The notes under the pieces are model-generated. The model searched no databases. It had not been told where the DNA came from and worked only from the letters and a program-made list of their open reading frames with translations. Both the position numbers and the translations under genes were made by a program. A stretch of 64,000 nucleotides of DNA, taken from Bacteroidota bacterium (GTDB taxonomy: Bacteria > Bacteroidota > Bacteroidia > Bacteroidales > JAADGE01). The DNA lies in the NCBI GenBank assembly GCA_024277895.1, contig JAJRUH010000046.1, forward strand, positions 557 through 64,556, read 5' to 3'. Positions 18,318 to 25,457 of this stretch are shown in pieces; positions within the stretch are counted from its first letter, which is position 1, and each line of letters opens with the position of its first letter.

Positions 18318-20570
18318 ATGAAAAATACCGATACATACAGACATTTAAGAGGAGAATCTGTTTATCTTGACGATATACCCGAAATTTTCGGGACACTGCA
18401 CGGAGTAGTTTTCGATTCTCCGGTTGCACACGGAAAAATAAAAAAAATCGACTTTTCGGAAGCCGAAAAACTGCCGGGTGTAGTAAAAATTCTTACATAT
18501 AAAGATATTCCGGGCGAAAACCAAATAGGTGCCATTATACAAGATGAAGAACTGTTTGCCGAAAACGAAGTTCATTTTATCGGAGAGCCGATTGCCCTAA
18601 TCGTTGCCGAGAGTAAACGCATTGCAAGAGATGCAAAAAAACTTGTTAAAATTGAAATAGAAGAACTTCCGGCAATTACGACACCCGAAGAAGCCAAAGA
18701 AAATGGAAGTTTTATTGCACCGCCTCGAACTTTTAAGCTCGGAAATTTAAAAGAAGGCGAAAAAAAATCAAAATACGTTTTTGAAGGAACGGCTGAAACA
18801 GGAGGACAAGAACATCTTTATCTTGAAACACAAGGTTCTTATGCAATACCGAAAGAAAACGGAAATATTTTACTCTACTCGTCAACACAAGGACCCACTG
18901 CCGTTCAGCAAATTACGTCAAGAGTTCTCGGAATACCGATGAATATGATTGAAGTTGACGTAAGACGCCTCGGCGGAGGTTTCGGAGGAAAAGAAGACCA
19001 AGCAACACCTTGGGCTGTTATGGTTGCTCTTGCCGCACATTTGCTTAACAAACCGGTAAAAATAACATTAAGCCGGCACGACGATTTACGAATGACAGGA
19101 AAAAGACATCCTTACAAAGCAAAATACAAAATCGGTCTTTCCGATGATTTAAAAATCCGGTTTTACGAAGTAGAATTTTTGCAAGACGGCGGAGCAGCAG
19201 CCGACCTGTCGCCGGCAATTACCGAAAGAACTCTGTTTCACGGAACAGGAAGTTATTATATTCCGAACACGGAAATTACGGTTTACAGTTGTAAAACAAA
19301 TCTTCCGCCGAATACGGCTTTCAGAGGTTTCGGAGGTCCGCAGGGATTTTTTGCGATTGAAGCCGCCGTTCAACTTGCCGCCGACAAACTGGGAATTCCG
19401 GCTTGGCAAATTCAGGAAAAAAATTTGATAAAAGACGGAGATGAATTTCCTTACGGTCAAATTGCCGAAAATGCCGAAGCAATAAATTCACTGAAATCTG
19501 CCGACAAACATTTCAATATTGAAAGAAAATACGAAGAAATTCAAAAATTCAACAAAGAAAATACAAATTACAAAAAAGGAATGTCGGTAACGCCTCTTTG
19601 TTTCGGAATTTCATTTACGAATACCGGATTAAACCAAGCAAGAGCATTAGTTCATATCTATACCGACGGCAGCATAGGAATAAGCACCGGAGCAATAGAA
19701 ATGGGACAAGGCGTAAACACCAAAATAAAACAAGTTGCTTCGCAAGTTTTCTCGGTTCCGGTAAGCCCCATAAAACTTGAAACCAGAAACACCACAAGAG
19801 TTGCCAACACCTCTCCCACCGCTGCAAGTTCGGGTGCCGACCTTAACGGAAAAGCCGTTGAAATTGCCGCAAATGCACTTTTGAAAAGATTAAAAGAAAC
19901 TGCGGCGGAAATTCTGAATACCGATTTTAAGAACATTGAAATTAAAAACGAATTTGTTTATTTAAAAGATGAAAAAACAGAATTAAATTGGGATAAATTG
20001 GTTTCGGAAGCATATTGGAAACGGGTAAAACTTTCCGAAAAAGGACATTATGCCACACCCGAAATTCATTTCGACAAAACAAAAGAAAAAGGACATCCGT
20101 TTGCGTATCACGTTTACGGAACATCAATTACAACGACAAAAATTGATACGATAAGAGGCACTTACGAAATTGAAAGCGTTGATATTGTTCACGATTTCGG
20201 GAAAAGTATGAATATTTTTCTCGACAAAGGACAAATTGAAGGAGCTTTAATACAAGGTATAGGTTGGCTTACCATTGAAGAAATAAGACACAACGAAAAA
20301 GGGCAACTTTCGGCAAATGCACTTTCGACTTATAAAGTTCCGGATATTCATTCGGTTCCGAAAAATGTTAATATTGAAGAACTTGAAACAGAAAGCAGTA
20401 AACACGCAATTTTAAAATCGAAAGCCGTAGGCGAACCGCCGTTTATTTACGGAACGGGAAGTTTTTTTGCCGTTCAAAATGCAATAAAAGCATTTAACCC
20501 GAATTATAAGCCCGATTTTAAGGCACCGATGACACACGAAAAAGTTTTAATAAGTTTGTATCAGGAATAG
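18318..20570 (+). CDS. Xanthine dehydrogenase / aldehyde oxidase family molybdopterin-binding subunit
   Basis: 750 aa. N-terminal a/b-hammerhead pattern (GESVYLDDIP...LHGVVFDSPVAHGKI). RLGGGFGGKE, AFRGFGGPQG, and VGEPP near the C-terminus. Confidence 0.85.
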   Translation: MKNTDTYRHLRGESVYLDDIPEIFGTLHGVVFDSPVAHGKIKKIDFSEAEKLPGVVKILTYKDIPGENQIGAIIQDEELFAENEVHFIGEPIALIVAESKRIARDAKKLVKIEIEELPAITTPEEAKENGSFIAPPRTFKLGNLKEGEKKSKYVFEGTAETGGQEHLYLETQGSYAIPKENGNILLYSSTQGPTAVQQITSRVLGIPMNMIEVDVRRLGGGFGGKEDQATPWAVMVALAAHLLNKPVKITLSRHDDLRMTGKRHPYKAKYKIGLSDDLKIRFYEVEFLQDGGAAADLSPAITERTLFHGTGSYYIPNTEITVYSCKTNLPPNTAFRGFGGPQGFFAIEAAVQLAADKLGIPAWQIQEKNLIKDGDEFPYGQIAENAEAINSLKSADKHFNIERKYEEIQKFNKENTNYKKGMSVTPLCFGISFTNTGLNQARALVHIYTDGSIGISTGAIEMGQGVNTKIKQVASQVFSVPVSPIKLETRNTTRVANTSPTAASSGADLNGKAVEIAANALLKRLKETAAEILNTDFKNIEIKNEFVYLKDEKTELNWDKLVSEAYWKRVKLSEKGHYATPEIHFDKTKEKGHPFAYHVYGTSITTTKIDTIRGTYEIESVDIVHDFGKSMNIFLDKGQIEGALIQGIGWLTIEEIRHNEKGQLSANALSTYKVPDIHSVPKNVNIEELETESSKHAILKSKAVGEPPFIYGTGSFFAVQNAIKAFNPNYKPDFKAPMTHEKVLISLYQE

Positions 20571-20620
20571 TTACACTTTAATTAATATTTCAAACAATCG
20601 TTTATTTTCGAAATAAAAAA

Positions 20621-20628
20621 TACTTTTG
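20621..20628 (+). promoter_or_regulatory. Bacteroidota -7 box TACTTTTG
   Basis: Exact TAnnTTTG match 117 nt upstream of the corA ATG. Implies a leader of about 110 nt. Confidence 0.4.
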
Positions 20629-20690
20629 TAAAATAAAAAAACAATTAATAATGGACGAAAGCCCGTATCATAAGAAATTAAACTATTAAT

Positions 20691-20737
20691 ATTCTGTAAG
20701 GTAATTTTGCTTCCTTACAGAATTAAAATGTAAGGAG
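20691..20737 (+). promoter_or_regulatory. corA leader with mutually exclusive hairpins involving the Shine-Dalgarno sequence
   Basis: ATTCTGTAAGG (20691-20701) pairs perfectly with CCTTACAGAAT (20713-20723). The same CCTTACA can instead pair with TGTAAGG (20729-20735), which overlaps the AGGAG located 8 nt before ATG 20746. Confidence 0.45.
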
Positions 20738-20745
20738 ACAAAATT

Positions 20746-21675
20746 ATGATTAAAATTTTCAAAACATTCGGCGGTTATAAAGAAATTAACGAACTGCAAA
20801 AAAATTGTTGGATAAATACTACCAATCCTACACAAGATGAAATACATAAATTAACATCTGATTTCGGATTACCGAATGATATTATTCTTGACATTTTGGA
20901 CAAAGATGAAAGACCGCGTATCGAGTTTGATGATAATCAGACATTAATTATCTTAAGAATTCCCGTTGAAACAAAAAATGACGGAGTTCCATTTCACACG
21001 ATACCTCTCGGCATTTTCATTACCGAAAATTTCATTCTGACACTTTGTTTACAGAATAATGAAGTTTTACCAATCGGACAACCGTCACCGTTCAGAGACC
21101 AATATGAACAAATAACCGATAATATTAATTTTATTTTACGATTATTCTTACGTTCCGGCAGTTTATATTTAAGGTATTTGAAACAAATAAATCAAATGAC
21201 TGAATTAATTGAACAAGATCTTGAAAAATCAATTAAAAACAAAGAACTGAGTAAAATGCTGAAAATGGAAAAATGTTTAGTCTATTTTATTACTTCCGTA
21301 AAAGCAAATGAACTTGTACTGGCAAAACTTCGAAATTCAAAAAAAATAACTACCGAAATTAATGAAGAACTATGGGAAGATGCACTTATTGAAAATAAAC
21401 AGGCACTTGAAACAAGTCAGATATATTCTGATATTCAAAGCGGAATGATGGATGCATTTGCTTCGGTTATTTCTAATAATTTGAATGTAGTAATGAAACA
21501 ATTAACACTTATTTCAATTATTTTAATGATACCTACCTTAATCGCAAGTTTTTTAGGTATGAATATACCAAACTATATGGAAAATTCTTTATGGGCAATG
21601 CCTGCAATTATTGCAGGATCATTAATATTATCATTTTTAGGTGTAATTATTTTCAAAAAAAGACAATGGTTTTAA
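20746..21675 (+). CDS. corA: CorA family magnesium/cobalt transporter
   Basis: 309 aa. Two C-terminal TM helices with the GMN signature (SFLGMNIPN). Confidence 0.85.
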   Translation: MIKIFKTFGGYKEINELQKNCWINTTNPTQDEIHKLTSDFGLPNDIILDILDKDERPRIEFDDNQTLIILRIPVETKNDGVPFHTIPLGIFITENFILTLCLQNNEVLPIGQPSPFRDQYEQITDNINFILRLFLRSGSLYLRYLKQINQMTELIEQDLEKSIKNKELSKMLKMEKCLVYFITSVKANELVLAKLRNSKKITTEINEELWEDALIENKQALETSQIYSDIQSGMMDAFASVISNNLNVVMKQLTLISIILMIPTLIASFLGMNIPNYMENSLWAMPAIIAGSLILSFLGVIIFKKRQWF

Positions 21676-21798
21676 TGATAATTAACTGTATTTTTTGTTA
21701 ATTTGATAAATCATCAGGCGGAATTGTGTTAAAACTATACATTGATACTTAAAAATGATGATTTCGTAGTTTGTAAATTTTTTTATTTTAAGAATTTA

Positions 21799-21806
21799 TA
21801 TCTTTG
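21799..21806 (+). promoter_or_regulatory. Bacteroidota -7 box TATCTTTG
   Basis: Exact match 30 nt upstream of ATG 21837. It overlaps the TTG (21804) used by the ORF track, which argues for the ATG start. Confidence 0.4.
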
Positions 21807-21836
21807 AACTTGAAAATAAATATCAATTTTAATAAA

Positions 21837-23990
21837 ATGAAACATTTTATTTTAACATTTGCAATTATTACGGGTATCATTTCTTTTTCAAATGCCCAAC
21901 ATTCTATTCCGGATACAATTCAAGCAAATATATTGAACGGAAAAATTAATTTTGACGGTGTTTTGGATGAACCGGTATGGCAATCGGCAAATTTTATTTC
22001 AAATTTTACGCAAAGAGAATTAAATTACGGTAAACCGGTAAGCGAAAAAACCGAAGTTGCCGTTATTTATACAAAAAATGCTTTATATTTCGGTGTTCGC
22101 TGCTATCAAAATCCTAAAACTATTACCGCTAAAAATATGGGTGTTGATTTTGACGTAGAATCAGATGATAACTTCCGAATTGTAATAAGCCCGTTTAACG
22201 ATAACCGCAGCGGCTATTTTTTTGCAATAAACCCTAACGGTGCCAGAACCGATATTTTAATTGCCGGAAACGAAGACGGCAACAAAGATTGGAACGGTGT
22301 GTGGGATGCAAAAACAACAATAACGCAAGAAGGTTGGTTTGCCGAAATATATATTCCGTTCAGCACTTTACAATTCAAAAATGATAATAATTTTAACTGG
22401 GCAATAAATTTTCAACGAGATATTGTTTCAAAAAACGAACAAGCACTTTGGCAAGGTTGGACACGCGATAACTCAATTTTTGCCGTTGTTAATGCCGGAA
22501 AAATAACGGGATTAAAAAATATTTCTTATGCAAAGCGTTTTGAATTAAAACCTTATACTCTTGCCGGAATTCAATACAACAGAGATTTTGAAAATGACTA
22601 TCCTCTTAAATTGGGTGCAGATTTAAACGTAAATATAACACCTTCTCTAAAATTGAATTTGACAAGTTTTACGGATTTTGCACAAGTTGAATCCGACAGA
22701 ATTCCCGTAAATCTTTCTCGTTTCAGCGTATATTATCCCGAAAAACGTGCATTTTTTCTTGAAGGTTACAATAATTTTCAATTTTATCTCGGCGACAGAA
22801 ATACGGTTTTCTACACCAGAACACTCGGAACGGAAAACTACCAAACCGTTCCGATTATAGGCTCTGTCCGTTTATTCGGTAAAGCCGGAAAAAACAATAT
22901 AGGTTTTCTAAATTTGGAAGAAGGAAAAATTGACAGCATTTCTGCAACCAACAACACGGTTTTGAGATATAAATATGATATAGGAAAACAATCATATATC
23001 GGAGGAATTTTTACCAATAAAATTAATAATACAACTTCTAATCAGGTATTTGGGCTTGATGCATCTTACAGAACTTCCGATTTTTTAAACAATAAAAATC
23101 TGACATTAACAGCCGATGTTGCATTCAGCGGAGAAAATTTTAATCTGTCGGATAATGCAATGACATACAGACTTTTTGCCGACTATCCCAACGACCTTAT
23201 CGATAACTATATGAGCATAGCGACGATGCAGGAAGGTTTTAATCCCGAACTCGGTTATATGCGACGAACAAATTACCGTTCATACAGTTGGTATTTCAGA
23301 ATTACACCTCGCATTTTCACAAAATACGGCATTAAAAAAATGATATTCAAACCTTGGGGATTTACGGTTTATCAAACTTTAAGCACCGGCGAACTTGAAA
23401 GTTTATGGAACGAAACACGCCCGCTCGGTGCGGTTTTCAAATCGGGCGAACGTTTTGAAATAAATTTTAAACAATCATTTGACCGACTTGACGAAGGTTT
23501 TGAACTTACCGATGAAATAACTATTCCGGAAGGAAGATATTGGATGTTCAGAGACGAACTGCAATTTGAAACAAATCAAGCAAGGCGAGTTTGGATTGCT
23601 TTATTTTATAATTGGGGAGGATTCTATACCGGAAAAATAAAAACTTTTGAAGGTGAAGCAGGTTTTAATATCAGTAAACATTTTAATATAAACACAAGTT
23701 ACACTTTTAACAAAGTTATTCTTCCTCAAGGAAACGTAAATACACACGAACTTGCAAGTTATATAAATTATGCCTTTAATACACGTTTAAACATTTCTTT
23801 TTTCGGACAATGGAACAGTTTGGAAAACGTAATGTTGTATAACTTCCGCCTGCATTGGATACCCAAAATAGGTTCTGATATTTATCTTGTTTACAACACA
23901 AACTACGATGAGCCGATAAAACAAGTTGAAATTTTAAAACCCGAAACAAGTGCCGGAATTTTAAAACTGGTTTGGCGATTTACGTTTTAA
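21837..23990 (+). CDS. Outer-membrane-associated protein, CBM9-like N-terminal domain plus DUF5916-type barrel
   Basis: Start at ATG 21837 gives signal peptide MKHFILTFAIITGIISFSNAQ. DGVLDEPVWQSANFISNFTQRE pattern. Ends ...KLVWRFTF. Confidence 0.6.
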   Translation: MKHFILTFAIITGIISFSNAQHSIPDTIQANILNGKINFDGVLDEPVWQSANFISNFTQRELNYGKPVSEKTEVAVIYTKNALYFGVRCYQNPKTITAKNMGVDFDVESDDNFRIVISPFNDNRSGYFFAINPNGARTDILIAGNEDGNKDWNGVWDAKTTITQEGWFAEIYIPFSTLQFKNDNNFNWAINFQRDIVSKNEQALWQGWTRDNSIFAVVNAGKITGLKNISYAKRFELKPYTLAGIQYNRDFENDYPLKLGADLNVNITPSLKLNLTSFTDFAQVESDRIPVNLSRFSVYYPEKRAFFLEGYNNFQFYLGDRNTVFYTRTLGTENYQTVPIIGSVRLFGKAGKNNIGFLNLEEGKIDSISATNNTVLRYKYDIGKQSYIGGIFTNKINNTTSNQVFGLDASYRTSDFLNNKNLTLTADVAFSGENFNLSDNAMTYRLFADYPNDLIDNYMSIATMQEGFNPELGYMRRTNYRSYSWYFRITPRIFTKYGIKKMIFKPWGFTVYQTLSTGELESLWNETRPLGAVFKSGERFEINFKQSFDRLDEGFELTDEITIPEGRYWMFRDELQFETNQARRVWIALFYNWGGFYTGKIKTFEGEAGFNISKHFNINTSYTFNKVILPQGNVNTHELASYINYAFNTRLNISFFGQWNSLENVMLYNFRLHWIPKIGSDIYLVYNTNYDEPIKQVEILKPETSAGILKLVWRFTF

Positions 23991-24071
23991 AATAACCGGT
24001 TCTTCAAAGTTCTGAAAACTTAAAATAATTTTCTTTATCACAAACTTTTAATAAAAATTACCTGAAAATAT

Positions 24072-24101
24072 TTTGGTATTATTAAACATTATCTATTTTT
24101 G
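24072..24101 (+). promoter_or_regulatory. Bacteroidota promoter (-33 TTTG / -7 TATTTTTG)
   Basis: TTTG at 24072-24075 and TATTTTTG at 24094-24101, 18 nt apart. The riboswitch aptamer begins about 12 nt downstream. Confidence 0.5.
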
Positions 24102-24112
24102 CAAACTCAAAA

Positions 24113-24170
24113 TCGGTGATGAAGTTCACCCTAAACCGTTCCGGGTATCCTTCGGGCTGATAACTTCTGC
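24113..24170 (+). promoter_or_regulatory. Fluoride riboswitch (crcB RNA motif)
   Basis: GGUGAUGAAGUUCACC-CUAAAC-(variable stem)-GGGCUGAUAACUUCUGC. It has the P1 helix GGUG/CACC, conserved GAUG, AAAC and CUGAU, and a pseudoknot GAAGUU/AACUUC. It parallels the published Bacillus cereus and Thermotoga petrophila aptamers block for block, as I recall them. ATG follows 24 nt later. Confidence 0.8.
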
Positions 24171-24194
24171 TTTTATAAACTTTAAATTACAATT

Positions 24195-25397
24195 ATGATT
24201 GTTTCATTAGCAGGATTAGTAATTGCCGGAATGTTAATTGCCTGGCTTTTCAAATTTCTTAAAGTTCCCGAATTAGTCGGCATTTTAATTCTCGGTATTG
24301 CATTAGGACCTTTTGCCCTTAATATGCTTGACCCGAGTTTAATAAATATTGCGGGACAACTCACTTCTGCCGCATTAATCGTCATTTTACTGCGTGCCGG
24401 TTTTGAATTATCAAAAGATACATTAAAAAAAGTCGGTCGTCCGGCGATATTATTGTCCATGGTTCCGGCTGCCTTTGAAGCAACGGCAATTATGTTTTTA
24501 GCCCATTATTTTTTAAGCTTTACCTTCCTCGAAGGTGCAATCCTCGGATCAGTTTTGGGTGCTGTATCTCCGGCAGTGGTTGTTCCGCTGATGATTAAAT
24601 TTATTGACGAAAAACGCGGGACAAAAAAAGGAATTCCGACACTTGTTCTTGCAGGTTCTTCAATCGATGATGTTTTTGTTATTGTAATTTACAGTATTTT
24701 AATAGGTATTTACACCGGCGGGCACGTCAATGTTACTTGGGAACTTTTCAGTATTCCCATTTCAATTATTCTCGGTATTGCTGTCGGCTTAATTGTAGGT
24801 TTCGTATTATATCTTCTTTTTGACAAATTCAATCCGCGTGCAACAAAACGAATGCTCATTATTTTAGCAATTTCTGTTTTTTTGGTTCAGGCAGAACATT
24901 TACTTGATAATATTATTCCTTTTGCTTCACTGCTCGCAGTTATGTCTATAGGATTTATCATTTTAGAAAAACGCGGAAAATATGCACACGAATTATCCGG
25001 AAAACTTTCAAAACTGTGGATTTTGGCAGAAATAGTTTTGTTTACTATGGTCGGGTCTGAAGTAAATATTCACCTTGCATTAAAAATGGGTTTAATAGGC
25101 ACATTGATTATATTTATTGCACTTATTTTCAGGAGTATAGGAACTTGGGTCAGTTTAATAGGAACAAATTTTACAAAAAAAGAAAAACTGTTTATTATTA
25201 TATCATACATCCCGAAAGCAACTGTTCAGGCAGCCATTGGCGGTGCTCCGCTTGCAGCAATGCAGGCTGCCGGTATGACAACGCTGCCGGGTGAACAAAT
25301 ATTAGCAATGGCAGTATTAAGTATTTTATTGACTGCCCCGCTCGGTGCATGGGGAATAACCGTTTACGGAAAAAAAATTTTGGAAATTGAGAAATAG
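24195..25397 (+). CDS. Cation:proton antiporter (Na+/H+ exchanger family)
   Basis: 400 aa, about 11-12 hydrophobic segments, typical CPA-type N-terminus (VPELVGILILGIALGPF). Confidence 0.75.
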   Translation: MIVSLAGLVIAGMLIAWLFKFLKVPELVGILILGIALGPFALNMLDPSLINIAGQLTSAALIVILLRAGFELSKDTLKKVGRPAILLSMVPAAFEATAIMFLAHYFLSFTFLEGAILGSVLGAVSPAVVVPLMIKFIDEKRGTKKGIPTLVLAGSSIDDVFVIVIYSILIGIYTGGHVNVTWELFSIPISIILGIAVGLIVGFVLYLLFDKFNPRATKRMLIILAISVFLVQAEHLLDNIIPFASLLAVMSIGFIILEKRGKYAHELSGKLSKLWILAEIVLFTMVGSEVNIHLALKMGLIGTLIIFIALIFRSIGTWVSLIGTNFTKKEKLFIIISYIPKATVQAAIGGAPLAAMQAAGMTTLPGEQILAMAVLSILLTAPLGAWGITVYGKKILEIEK

Positions 25398-25457
25398 AAT
25401 TTTGCTGTTTTACGGTCAAGACAGATGCTCAAAAGTTTTTGATAAAACTACCGAAAT

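Noticed and set aside
19149-20127. Cluster of 60-103-aa antisense and out-of-frame ORFs inside the Mo-hydroxylase gene
   Set aside because: They are explained by the locally higher G+C and low stop-codon density of a strongly supported 750-aa gene. The translations are Arg/Leu/Cys-rich nonsense.
24136-24157. Concern that the irregular P3 stem invalidates the fluoride riboswitch call
   Set aside because: P3 is the variable element of the motif. All invariant blocks and the pseudoknot complementarity are present, so the call is kept. Confidence was lowered and cmsearch is requested.
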